Source of the DNA: Frischella japonica | GTDB taxonomy: Bacteria; Pseudomonadota; Gammaproteobacteria; Enterobacterales; Orbaceae | Reading direction: 5' to 3' | Assembly (NCBI RefSeq): GCF_014489845.1 | Contig: NZ_JABURY010000016.1 | Location: forward strand, 142,829 to 166,828 | Length of the DNA stretch: 24,000 nucleotides | Shown: piece by piece, positions 14,454 through 24,000 of the stretch | How the letters are laid out: each line of letters opens with the position of its first letter | Numbering within the stretch: the first letter of the stretch is position 1 | Position numbers and translations under genes: made by a program | The notes under the pieces: generated by a model | What the model was told of the DNA's origin: nothing | The model's input: the letters and a program-made list of their open reading frames with translations, nothing else | Database searches by the model: none

Positions 14454-15450
14454 AGTTCAGATAGATTTGCAACCATGGTTAGTTAATGCTTATCAGGATT
14501 TAACTTTACCTTTAATACAACATCGTGCTCATCATGCATTATTGATAAAGTATATCAGCGGTTCAGGAGAAGATGATCTGATTAACAAGTTGGTGATGCG
14601 GTTGTTATGTCTTGAACCACAGCAAAATCAACCGTGTTATCATTGTCATAGTTGTCAATTATTCTTAGCACACAATCATCCTGATTTTTACCGTGTTGAG
14701 TTAGAAAAAGGCAAATCTTCAATCGGAATCAATCAAATTCGGCAAACTATTACTAAAATTTATGAACGAGCACAACAAGGTGGCAATAAAGTTATTTGGA
14801 TTAGAATTGCATCATTAATGACCGAAGCAGCCGCTAATGCTTTACTTAAAACCCTTGAAGAACCACCTGAAAATAGTTATTTTATTCTTTCTGATCGACA
14901 TGATGGACAGTTACTTTCTACTATTCGCAGTCGTTGTCTAAGTTATTTTGTAAGTATGCCAGATTTGGAAAATGCCAGTATCTGGCTTAAACAACATGTT
15001 TTAACTAACCAATTCAATGACAATGAATTAGCAACCGCACTCTTACTGAATGAGAATGCTCCTTTAGCGGCATTGTCTTTACTAGATTCTGAACATTGGC
15101 AAAACCGACAACAATTTTATAACCATCTTTATCGTAATCTTACTGAAAAAGATTTATGGGAATTACGTCATGATTTCATTAATCAAGAAGATGTTTTGAT
15201 CCGTTTACATTGGGTTAATACTTTGCTCGTCGATGCTTTAAAAGCGCGGCATAAATCGGGACGTTTTATCATAAATCGTGACCATGTGCCATTAGTGAGA
15301 CTTATCGCCAGCTTTGGTAATGAAACTATTATTCAACTTTATAGCATATGGAATAATGCCCGTCATCAATTGATGACCATGACAGGACTTAATCAAGATT
15401 TAATCATAAGCAATCTATTAGCAGAATCAGAAATACTTCTTAATGCATAA
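14440..15450 (+). CDS. holB: DNA polymerase III delta-prime subunit
   Basis: Motifs include PWL...HHALL, the zinc module CxxCx[18 protein letters not shown] and TIRSRC. It directly follows tmk, as in E. coli. The ATG at 14440 overlaps tmk by 14 nt. An alternative TTG at 14467 would give MQPWL. Confidence 0.88.
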   Translation: MVISKVQIDLQPWLVNAYQDLTLPLIQHRAHHALLIKYISGSGEDDLINKLVMRLLCLEPQQNQPCYHCHSCQLFLAHNHPDFYRVELEKGKSSIGINQIRQTITKIYERAQQGGNKVIWIRIASLMTEAAANALLKTLEEPPENSYFILSDRHDGQLLSTIRSRCLSYFVSMPDLENASIWLKQHVLTNQFNDNELATALLLNENAPLAALSLLDSEHWQNRQQFYNHLYRNLTEKDLWELRHDFINQEDVLIRLHWVNTLLVDALKARHKSGRFIINRDHVPLVRLIASFGNETIIQLYSIWNNARHQLMTMTGLNQDLIISNLLAESEILLNA

Positions 15451-15525
15451 GGGATTTGTCTGCAATTTTATAAGATTTTTGCTATAATTCTAACAATAAT
15501 TTTTTTAGAATAAGGAAATTTGTAT

Positions 15526-16224
15526 ATGCCATCCCCAATCATCGTTGCCGTTGATTTTCCTGATACAAAGTCAGCCTGGAATTTTATCGATCGCGTTGAT
15601 CCCCAAGATTGTCGACTAAAAATAGGTAAAGAGCTATTTACCCTAGCTGGCCCTGATTTTGTTAAATTAATTCAAAATAAAGGATTTGATGTTTTTCTTG
15701 ATCTAAAATTTCATGATATCCCTAATACCGTAGCCAAAGCCGTGGCCGCCGCAGCAGATTTAGGCGTATGGATGACAAATGTTCATGCCAGCGGTGGAGC
15801 ACGAATGTTACAGGCTGCTAAAGATGCGCTTTATCATTATGGAAAAGATGCTCCTTTATTAATTGCTGTAACCGTTTTAACCAGTATGGAATTAGCTGAT
15901 TTGCGCGAAATTGGTATTAATGCATCACCATTAGAGCAAGCAACTCGTTTAGCGGTATTGGCTAAAAATTGCGGACTTGACGGCGTCGTCTGCTCAGCTA
16001 AAGAGGTACAAAGTTTTAAAATTCGTTTAGGTAGCCAATTCAAATTGGTAACACCGGGTATTCGTCCGGCAGGTTCATCAGCCGATGATCAGCGTCGCAT
16101 TATGACACCGCAACGCGCCATTGCCGCAGGTTCTGATTATTTAGTTATTGGTCGGCCAATTACTCAATCACCCGATCCACAAAAAACACTTAAAGATATA
16201 ATGGCAACATTGGATTTAAAATAA
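15526..16224 (+). CDS. pyrF: Orotidine-5'-phosphate decarboxylase
   Basis: Motifs include [44 protein letters not shown] and [11 protein letters not shown], collinear with E. coli PyrF. The track start at 15520 is a TTG. The ATG at 15526 has AAGGAA 8 nt upstream. Confidence 0.94.
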   Translation: MPSPIIVAVDFPDTKSAWNFIDRVDPQDCRLKIGKELFTLAGPDFVKLIQNKGFDVFLDLKFHDIPNTVAKAVAAAADLGVWMTNVHASGGARMLQAAKDALYHYGKDAPLLIAVTVLTSMELADLREIGINASPLEQATRLAVLAKNCGLDGVVCSAKEVQSFKIRLGSQFKLVTPGIRPAGSSADDQRRIMTPQRAIAAGSDYLVIGRPITQSPDPQKTLKDIMATLDLK

Positions 16225-16233
16225 GGCATTAGT

Positions 16234-16554
16234 ATGGTAGAAAATCCACTGGTATATTCAACGGAAATCGGACGCGTTAAGCAACAATCGACAACCGCTG
16301 CTCGCCCAAAAGGTGATGGTTTTATACGTATTCAAAAACAAACTGCCGGTCGTAAAGGTAAAGGGGTTTGTGTTATCACTGGGTTTGATCTTAATGATCA
16401 GGATATCGCTAAACTCGCCGCTGAATTAAAAAAGAAGTGTGGTTGTGGGGGTAGTGTAAAAGATGGCGCGATTGAAATACAAGGTGACAAACGTGATCTT
16501 TTAAAACAGCTATTAGAACAGAAAGGCTTTAAGGTTAAATTAGCCGGTGGTTAA
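16234..16554 (+). CDS. yciH: SUI1/eIF1-family translation initiation factor-like protein YciH
   Basis: The protein is 106 aa. Motifs include VYSTExGR, RKGKGVxVITG, LKKKCGCGG and IEIQGD. It lies immediately downstream of pyrF, as in E. coli. Confidence 0.9.
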   Translation: MVENPLVYSTEIGRVKQQSTTAARPKGDGFIRIQKQTAGRKGKGVCVITGFDLNDQDIAKLAAELKKKCGCGGSVKDGAIEIQGDKRDLLKQLLEQKGFKVKLAGG

Positions 16555-16578
16555 TAATATTTGTCTTATAAACCGAAT

Positions 16579-16610
16579 GCAAAAACCAAAACAGTAGTTT
16601 TGGTTTTTGC
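16579..16610. terminator. Bidirectional terminator hairpin between yciH and yeeX
   Basis: A perfect 14-bp stem pairs GCAAAAACCAAAAC (16579-16592) with GTTTTGGTTTTTGC (16597-16610). The loop is AGTA. It lies between convergent genes. Confidence 0.7.
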
Positions 16611-16616
16611 AATTGA

Positions 16617-16937
16617 TTAATGGCTGCCTTTAGCACGCATTTTTGCTGAAATTTCTCGACGCTCTTTGGAAATTTCTGCATTTTTAATAATGAAATCATC
16701 CACACGATCTTCATAATCTAATTTCATATTGGCGATAATCGCTTGAATTTCATCATAACTCATTTCTGGTTTGATATATTCACTCAAATTTTCAAGTAAT
16801 AAAACGCGTTTTTGATTATCACGAATTTTTTTTTCGTTATCAGTTATTTCACGTTTTAGCTTATTTAATTGACGAGATAAACGCACATATTCTAGAACAT
16901 CCTGAAATGAAGGTTTTTTTGCATTATCTTTTTCCAT
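16617..16937 (-). CDS. yeeX: DUF496 family protein YeeX
   Basis: The protein is 106 aa. [50 protein letters not shown]...[21 protein letters not shown] is near-collinear with E. coli YeeX as recalled ([46 protein letters not shown]). Confidence 0.85.
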   Translation of the reverse strand: MEKDNAKKPSFQDVLEYVRLSRQLNKLKREITDNEKKIRDNQKRVLLLENLSEYIKPEMSYDEIQAIIANMKLDYEDRVDDFIIKNAEISKERREISAKMRAKGSH

Positions 16938-17166
16938 TAGCTAACCCCTTAATATCAAAAAATTATAAAAAATAAATATTGTGATCAGTATATACTAGTT
17001 AGTGATTAAAGTGGAATAAATTACAATAGCTATGAACAATTACTTAAAATGATAAATTAATCGCACTAGCAAAAATAAATCTATTACTGAATACCAACGA
17101 TAACCATTAACTTTAGCGTAACCATCATGTTCACTCGCAAATCATAAAAATTTTATAGCGCGCAAA

Positions 17167-17913
17167 TTAAACTATCTTTTGTGTTTTAACAATCATCATA
17201 TCCGAGATAAAAAAGCCATCGGATTGTAAATCAAAATACTGCTGCACTTTGCTGGTCGCTCGGAATGGCATCCACTTGTAAAGCGCGTGTTCGCGTACGC
17301 CTCACCCAGCTATCAAAAATTTAAAAACAAGTGATACCGTTGATTATTATCAACCGTAAAACCAGCTTCGGTCAACATAGTTAATTAATCATCCGGCGTG
17401 TAGTCACGAACATGAAAAGTATCACGCAAGGCACCTTGTTTGTAACCAACTAGATCGTCTGGAGAAACCAGAACCTTAATAATTAATCTGCTATTTGGTT
17501 GAATAATTCGATGCAATTTTCGCAAACTTTTATCTACATCATCCCAATGGAGTGCCGAATAACGACTAACAACCTGATCAAATCGCTTATTGGCGAACGG
17601 TTGCAGTTAGCACAACCTTATACAAAAGTAATATTGTTAAAACCACGTTCTTTGGCTGTTTGTGAGGGAACAGATTACATTTCATCAGCAATGATCATAA
17701 GCCGTGACAATTTTAACATGCTGCGAGCAATAAAACTGATATGCTTAGATCCCTTTCCCCTATATTGAGCAACTCAGCATCAGGATAATCTATAAAAAAA
17801 TCCGCTAAATAGGCAGCATCATATCCTTGAGCATGGATGTTATTGGTTAAATAGCCGTTAGCCTGTTCGCCAAATTATTGTTTGACATTATCGGGATGTG
17901 TTGTCATGGTCAT
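17167..17913 (-). pseudogene. Disrupted class I SAM-dependent methyltransferase (YafE-like) pseudogene
   Basis: Minus-strand translation starts MTMTTHPDNVKQ*FGEQANGYL, with an in-frame TAA at codon 13 where YafE has Q. The SAM-binding motif I region is garbled (LNIGERDL instead of LDLGCGAG). Homology continues in another frame (FDQVVSRYSALHWDDVDKSLRKLHRIIQPNSRLII...ALRDTFHVRDYTPDD*LTMLTEAGFTV). It then returns to the first frame (QQYFDLQSDGFFISDMMIVKT...TAA at 17167-17169). At least two frameshifts and several stop codons are present. Confidence 0.8.
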
Positions 17914-17924
17914 TTCTTTTCGTT

Positions 17925-17942
17925 GGGCGCCGATAAGCGCCC
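17925..17942. terminator. GC-rich hairpin just downstream of leuD (possible operon-end terminator or stabiliser)
   Basis: GGGCGC (17925-17930) pairs with GCGCCC (17937-17942) around a 6-nt loop. It begins 10 nt after the leuD stop codon. There is no clear U-tract in the leuD sense. TTGGTTT follows on the plus strand. Confidence 0.35.
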
Positions 17943-17951
17943 TTGGTTTAG

Positions 17952-18554
17952 CTATGTTAAAAAGGTCGGAATTTTATTTTCGAAAGCACTAATTGCATCT
18001 TCATGTTGCAAGGTCAACCCGATATTATCTAAGCCATTCAATAAGCAATGACGTTTAAAGGCATCGATTTTAAAAGAATATTGCTTATCGCCAGCAATCA
18101 CCACTTCATTAACTAAATCAATAGTAAACTCAATACCATCATTGGCTTCAACAATTTTGAATAATTCATCAACCTCTTCTTCTGATAAATTAACCAAAAG
18201 TAACTGGTTATTAAATGAATTATTATAAAAAATATCGGCAAAACTTGAGCCAATAATAGTTTTAAAACCATAATCAGCCAGCGCCCAAGGTGCATGTTCT
18301 CGTGATGAACCACAGCCAAAATTTTCGCGTGCTAATAAAATACTGGCACCTTTATAGCGTGGTTTATTAAGTACAAATTCAGGATTAGGCTGCTGACCGG
18401 CATCATCTAAAAAGCGCCATTCATGAAATGCATGCTTACCAAAACCGGTTCTCGTTACTTTTTGGAGAAACTGTTTAGGAATAATTGCATCTGTATCAAC
18501 GTTAGCCGCATCTAAAGGAACGACCAGTCCGGTATGTTTCGTAAATTTAGCCAT
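17952..18554 (-). CDS. leuD: 3-isopropylmalate dehydratase small subunit
   Basis: [34 protein letters not shown] and [18 protein letters not shown] nearly match E. coli LeuD. Confidence 0.96.
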   Translation of the reverse strand: MAKFTKHTGLVVPLDAANVDTDAIIPKQFLQKVTRTGFGKHAFHEWRFLDDAGQQPNPEFVLNKPRYKGASILLARENFGCGSSREHAPWALADYGFKTIIGSSFADIFYNNSFNNQLLLVNLSEEEVDELFKIVEANDGIEFTIDLVNEVVIAGDKQYSFKIDAFKRHCLLNGLDNIGLTLQHEDAISAFENKIPTFLT

Positions 18555-18565
18555 GACAAGCCTCC

Positions 18566-19975
18566 TTAAAATGATTCACGAATATCAGTAAAATGACCAG
18601 TAATAGCTGCTGCGGCTGCCATAGCTGGACTCACCAAATGGGTTCTGGCATCACGACCTTGACGACCTTCAAAATTACGGTTACTGGTTGATGCGCAACG
18701 ATCGCCCGGAGCCAGCTTATCATCATTCATTGCTAAACACATCGAACAACCAGGCAAACGCCATTCAAAACCAGCTTCAATAAAAATCTTATCTAATCCC
18801 TCCGCTTCGGCTTGTTCTCGAACCGGGCCAGAACCAGGAACAACTAATGCTTGCACACCATCAGCTACTTTACGACCTTTAGCAATTTGAGCGGCCACAC
18901 GTAAGTCTTCGATGCGTGAATTAGTGCATGAACCGATAAAAACTTTATTAATTTTAATATCAGCGATTTTAGTGCCTGCAGTTAACCCCATGTAAGCTAA
19001 AGCCCTTTCTGCTGAATTTTTTTCGATCGGATCAGTAAAATCATTTGGATTCGGTACCTGAGCATCAATCGACGTTACTTGACCTGGATTTGTCCCCCAG
19101 GTTACCTGTGGCGCGATGTCTTTACCATCTAATGTCACAACGGAATCAAAATGTGCACCTTCATCCGTTGTCAGGGTCTTCCAATAAGCGACAGCTTTCT
19201 CAAAATCTTCGCCTTTCGGTGAAAATTGCCGACCTTTCAAATATTCAAAAGTAACGTCATCAGGAGCCACAATACCTGCTTTAGCACCCATTTCAATTGC
19301 CATATTACATAGCGTCATTCGACCTTCCATTGATAATGCCTTAATCGCTTCACCACAAAACTCAACCACATGACCAGTACCGCCGGCGCTAGTGGTTTTG
19401 CCAATGATAGCTAAAATGATATCTTTTGCAGTAATCCCTTCAGCTACTTGACCTTTAACTTCGATTTTCATGGTTTTCGCACGACCCTGTTTTAAGGTTT
19501 GGGTAGCTAACACATGCTCCACTTCCGAAGTCCCTATACCAAACGCCAAGGCACCAAAAGCACCATGTGTTGCGGTGTGTGAATCGCCACAAACAATAGT
19601 CATACCTGGTAATGTCATTCCTTGCTCTGGGCCTACAACATGGACAATCCCACGTAATGGGCTTTGTAAGCCATATAACGAAATTCCAAATTCTTTGGCA
19701 TTTTTATCTAACTCAGTTAATTGAATGCGTGCCATTTCACTACATGCGCTTAAATCATTGCTTTTAGTTGAGGTATTATGATCCATTGTAGCAAATGTTT
19801 TATGGGGTTGACGAACTCTGCGATTCATCGCCCGTAAACCATCAAAAGCTTGAGGAGAAGTAACTTCATGCACTAAATGACGATCAATATATAAAATAGG
19901 TGTCTCATTTGCTGCTTCATAAACGACATGTGCATCATATAATTTTTGATACAAGGTTTTAGGATTTGTTGACAT
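18566..19975 (-). CDS. leuC: 3-isopropylmalate dehydratase large subunit
   Basis: Aconitase-family motifs are present ([52 protein letters not shown]), collinear with LeuC. Confidence 0.96.
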   Translation of the reverse strand: MSTNPKTLYQKLYDAHVVYEAANETPILYIDRHLVHEVTSPQAFDGLRAMNRRVRQPHKTFATMDHNTSTKSNDLSACSEMARIQLTELDKNAKEFGISLYGLQSPLRGIVHVVGPEQGMTLPGMTIVCGDSHTATHGAFGALAFGIGTSEVEHVLATQTLKQGRAKTMKIEVKGQVAEGITAKDIILAIIGKTTSAGGTGHVVEFCGEAIKALSMEGRMTLCNMAIEMGAKAGIVAPDDVTFEYLKGRQFSPKGEDFEKAVAYWKTLTTDEGAHFDSVVTLDGKDIAPQVTWGTNPGQVTSIDAQVPNPNDFTDPIEKNSAERALAYMGLTAGTKIADIKINKVFIGSCTNSRIEDLRVAAQIAKGRKVADGVQALVVPGSGPVREQAEAEGLDKIFIEAGFEWRLPGCSMCLAMNDDKLAPGDRCASTSNRNFEGRQGRDARTHLVSPAMAAAAAITGHFTDIRESF

Positions 19976-20050
19976 TGCTTACATTCCTTTTTGCCACTAA
20001 TTAGGATTAACGTAAACGTCAATCCTCTGTTTTTTAAATTTTATTTGATA

Positions 20051-21145
<1,095 letters not shown>

Positions 21146-21187
21146 TTATAATATGTTATAATTTAACTTCATTGATAACGTGATTAA

Positions 21188-22732
21188 TTAACCATGTAAA
21201 CGCTGTTTTTCTTCGGCAATAATCGCTGCACGATAAATGTTATTCAATGCATTAATTAACGCTTTTGCTGATGATTCAACAATATCCGTTGCTAATCCTA
21301 TACCATGATAACGACGATCATTATGCTCTACCACGATATCGACTTGCCCTAAGGCATTTTCTCCTTGACCTTTTGAAGCTAATTGATATTTAACAATCGA
21401 TACCGGAATATTTGTAATGCGATTAATAGCTTGATATACGGCATCAACAGGACCATTCCCAGTAGCTGCATCGGAACATTTTTTGTCACCAACAGTAAGA
21501 CTGACAGACGCTGTTGACACCACTGTACTCCCTGATTGTACGTTAAAATAATCTAGCGAAAAATGCTCCTGATCATCTTTTATCTTATTCATAAAGATTA
21601 ATGCTTCAAGATCATAATCAAACACTTGCCCTTTTTTATCGGCTAAAGCTAAAAATGCAGTATAGATTTGATCAAGATCATAATCTTCATCCCGATAACC
21701 TAAATCTTGCAAACGGTGTTTTACCGCTGCTCGTCCGGAACGAGAAGTTAAATTGAGTTGAACTTGATTTAAACCAATTGATTCTGGAGTCATTATTTCG
21801 TATGTTTCACGATTTTTTAACACCCCATCCTGATGGATACCTGATGAATGAGAAAAGGCATTGCTGCCAATCACTGCTTTATTAGCAGGGATTGGCATAT
21901 TTGCAATTTGGCTTACGATCTGACTGGTCCGATAAATTTCTTGATGATTAATATTGGTATGTACATTTAAAATATTTTGGCGAACTTTAATTGCCATAAT
22001 CACTTCTTCTAAAGCGGTATTACCGGCTCGTTCACCTAAACCATTCATCGCGCCTTCAATCTGCCGAGCACCTTCCTGAATCGCGCTAATCGAGTTAGCC
22101 ACCGACATGCCCAAGTCATCATGACAATGAACAGAGATAATCGCTTTATCAATGTTCGGGACACGTTCAAATAAGGTACGAATAATGCCACCAAATTGAT
22201 AAGGGATAGTATAACCGACAGTATCTGGAATATTGATCGTGGTTGCCCCTGCTTGAATTGCTGCTTCAACAATCCGACATAAGTTATCAATTGGGGTACG
22301 GCCTGCATCTTCACAAGAAAACTCCACATCATTAGTATAATTACGTGCACGCTTAATACAGTGCACAGCCCGTTCAACGACATCTTCAAATGTCATTTTT
22401 AATTTATCTTTTACATGTAAGGTCGATGTTGCCATAAACGTATGAATGCGAAACTGATCCGCAACCTTTAATGCTTCTGCGGCAACATCAATATCTTTTT
22501 CAATACAACGAGATAGCGCACAAACTCGACTATCTTTAATCGTTTTCGCTATAGTTTGTACCGATTCAAAATCACCAGGAGAAGAAATAGGAAACCCTAC
22601 TTCCATTACATCCACACGCATTCTTTCCAATGCTAATGCTATCTGTAATTTTTCTTTAACACTTAAACTCGCTTGTAGTGCTTGTTCACCATCACGTAAT
22701 GTCGTGTCAAAAATAATGACTTGATCGCTCAT
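21188..22732 (-). CDS. leuA: 2-isopropylmalate synthase
   Basis: Motifs include [19 protein letters not shown] and GERAGN, with a C-terminal LeuA dimerisation/regulatory domain. It is the first gene of the leuABCD cluster. Confidence 0.96.
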   Translation of the reverse strand: MSDQVIIFDTTLRDGEQALQASLSVKEKLQIALALERMRVDVMEVGFPISSPGDFESVQTIAKTIKDSRVCALSRCIEKDIDVAAEALKVADQFRIHTFMATSTLHVKDKLKMTFEDVVERAVHCIKRARNYTNDVEFSCEDAGRTPIDNLCRIVEAAIQAGATTINIPDTVGYTIPYQFGGIIRTLFERVPNIDKAIISVHCHDDLGMSVANSISAIQEGARQIEGAMNGLGERAGNTALEEVIMAIKVRQNILNVHTNINHQEIYRTSQIVSQIANMPIPANKAVIGSNAFSHSSGIHQDGVLKNRETYEIMTPESIGLNQVQLNLTSRSGRAAVKHRLQDLGYRDEDYDLDQIYTAFLALADKKGQVFDYDLEALIFMNKIKDDQEHFSLDYFNVQSGSTVVSTASVSLTVGDKKCSDAATGNGPVDAVYQAINRITNIPVSIVKYQLASKGQGENALGQVDIVVEHNDRRYHGIGLATDIVESSAKALINALNNIYRAAIIAEEKQRLHG

Positions 22733-22780
22733 TGTTTTTTTCCTTTTTTATATTGTAGCGCTATTACGGTATTTCAAGTT

Positions 22781-22814
22781 AACAAAACAAAAAACCCGCA
22801 CTTCAGCGCGGGTT
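22781..22814 (-). terminator. leu operon attenuator (intrinsic terminator in the leader)
   Basis: The minus strand reads ACCCGCGCTGAAGTGCGGGTTTTTTGTTTTGTT. This is a GC-rich stem followed by a U-run, about 50 nt upstream of the leuA ATG and 38 nt downstream of the leader-peptide stop. The upstream segment GCGCGG (22877-22872) is complementary to the 5' arm CCGCGC (22811-22806), which gives a possible antiterminator. Confidence 0.8.
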
Positions 22815-22851
22815 ATTGTTAATTTGTCGAGTTATCTATTGAACTATCACT

Positions 22852-22929
22852 TTACTCCACAAACAAACGATCCGCGCAAATCAATGCGAGGAGGAGGTTG
22901 AGAGCGAGTGATAAAAAGTTAGTCAACAT
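22852..22929 (-). CDS. leuL: leu operon leader peptide (25 aa, Leu-rich)
   Basis: The ORF runs from ATG 22929-22927 to TAA 22854-22852 and encodes MLTNFLSLALNLLLALICADRLFVE. Nine of the 25 residues are Leu, and five are encoded by CTC, including the run CTC-CTC-CTC. It sits between a sigma70-like promoter and the attenuator hairpin, the classic position of leuL. It is too short for the ORF track. Confidence 0.75.
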   Translation of the reverse strand: MLTNFLSLALNLLLALICADRLFVE

Positions 22930-22973
22930 AACAACTTTCATTCCAGTAATAGTACAAGATTTGATTGCTGATA

Positions 22974-23002
22974 TTTTTATCAAATCATGCTGATTGTGTC
23001 AA
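22974..23002 (-). promoter_or_regulatory. Putative sigma70 promoter of the leu operon
   Basis: Read on the minus strand: TTGACA (23002-22997), a 17-nt spacer, then TAAAAA (22979-22974). This is about 45 nt upstream of the leader-peptide ATG. Confidence 0.5.
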
Positions 23003-23179
23003 CGAATATTTATCATGTGTTTTAATATTATTTTAATTTATTAATAAGAACATAGTTTATAAACGAATAAAATAAAAAAACTATTGTATTTTGCAAATAT
23101 CGTAATAGCGAATTAGATAAATACAGAATAATTTATATTAGCCAATATAATAAAACCAACAATCATTTTACTAAATATT

Positions 23180-24000
23180 CTATTGGATAACCATGGACTT
23201 ACCGCGACCACGAATATCAGATACGGCTTGAGGTACATTATCAATGACTTGAATAGCTTGTATATCACCACTAAAATCTTGTTGATAAAAGTCATAACCC
23301 ATTTTTTCAAGCTGAGATTTAAATTGTTCTGATAATTTATTTTGAAAACGTTCTATAAAAATCAGATTCTTTGGTAATAATTGATGATGATAGCGAGGTG
23401 CATAAACTGCGTCTTTTAATGACATACCATTATCGTAAACATTAGCCACTACCTGAAAGATAGAAGTAAAGATCCGTGAGCCACCCGGTGTACCAATCAC
23501 CATAACAACTTGATTATCTTTGGTAAATATCGTTGGCGTCATAGACGATAATGGTCGTTTATTCGGAGCAATTGCATTAGCATCTTTACCGACTACACCA
23601 AATTGATTGGCAATACCTGGCTTACTACTAAAATCGTCCATTTCATTATTAAGAATAATACCAGTACCTTTTACGACCACAGCTGAACCAAACCAACCAT
23701 TTAAAGTATATGTATTCGATGCCGCATTACCCCATTTATCTACGATTGAAAAATGGGTAGTCTGTAATTTTTCACGGCTATTAGATAAACCTGGTTGAAC
23801 GTTTTCTGTTACGGATATTGTTTGTGGATCAACTTGTTTGGCTCGGTTTAATAAATAAGTAGGATCGATTAGTTGCGATACTGGCACCGCTACAAAATCA
23901 GGATCCCCCATATATTCGGAACGATCAGCAAATACACGCTTTTCAATTTCTGCTAATAAATGAACATATTTGGGTGAATTTACTACTACACCCTTAAACT
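23180..24000 (-). CDS. ggt: Gamma-glutamyltranspeptidase, C-terminal part (gene continues past the right edge of the window)
   Basis: The frame stays open upstream of the track's ATG at 23911 through to the window end (..FKGVVVNSPKYVHLLAEIEKRVFADRSEYMGDPDFV). QTTHFSIVDKWGNA contains the autoprocessing and catalytic Thr. NNEMDDFS, PNKRPLSSMTPT and GTPGGSRI are present, collinear with E. coli GGT. The stop is TAG at 23180-23182. Confidence 0.9.
   Translation of the reverse strand, partial: FKGVVVNSPKYVHLLAEIEKRVFADRSEYMGDPDFVAVPVSQLIDPTYLLNRAKQVDPQTISVTENVQPGLSNSREKLQTTHFSIVDKWGNAASNTYTLNGWFGSAVVVKGTGIILNNEMDDFSSKPGIANQFGVVGKDANAIAPNKRPLSSMTPTIFTKDNQVVMVIGTPGGSRIFTSIFQVVANVYDNGMSLKDAVYAPRYHHQLLPKNLIFIERFQNKLSEQFKSQLEKMGYDFYQQDFSGDIQAIQVIDNVPQAVSDIRGRGKSMVIQ

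Noticed and set aside
17499-17768. 89-aa (+) ORF between yeeX and leuD
   Set aside because: It is the antisense shadow of the decayed yafE-like pseudogene, and the real homology is on the minus strand.
22045-22389. 114-aa ORF on the minus strand inside leuA
   Set aside because: It is same-strand but out of frame within leuA, and it has no recognisable motifs.
23113-23310. 65-aa (-) ORF overlapping the ggt 3' end
   Set aside because: It is out of frame with ggt, extremely AT-rich and hydrophobic by composition only, and has no RBS.

Overview
This is an AT-rich gammaproteobacterial chromosome segment. Its proteins align well with E. coli orthologs recalled from memory, but the taxon cannot be fixed without a database search. 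Most of the window is core housekeeping. On the left: cpdA (partial), nudF, tolC, ecotin, a YdiK-like AI-2E transporter, htpX and the SRP 4.5S RNA gene ffs. In the middle and right: tmk, holB, pyrF, yciH, yeeX, the leuABCD operon with its leader peptide and attenuator, and ggt (partial). The one accessory block is 5975-13645. It encodes a 921-aa LevR-type sigma54 activator, a near-consensus -24/-12 promoter, a mannose-family PTS (EIIA, EIIB, EIIC, EIID), two SIS-domain deglycase-like paralogs and a strong terminator. Gene order matches the Salmonella gfrR-gfrABCDEF fructoselysine/glucoselysine locus. A yafE-like SAM methyltransferase between yeeX and leuD is a multiply disrupted pseudogene. 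I found no CRISPR array, tRNA or rRNA gene, IS element, integrase, toxin-antitoxin pair or recognisable defence gene. Every sizeable ORF belongs to a known family. I therefore see no convincing previously undescribed system here. The most checkable open points are the substrate of the PTS/deglycase locus, a candidate in-phase heptamer UAS inside the activator gene, a lipoprotein-type ecotin with a P1 Leu, and several unannotated RNA and regulatory elements.
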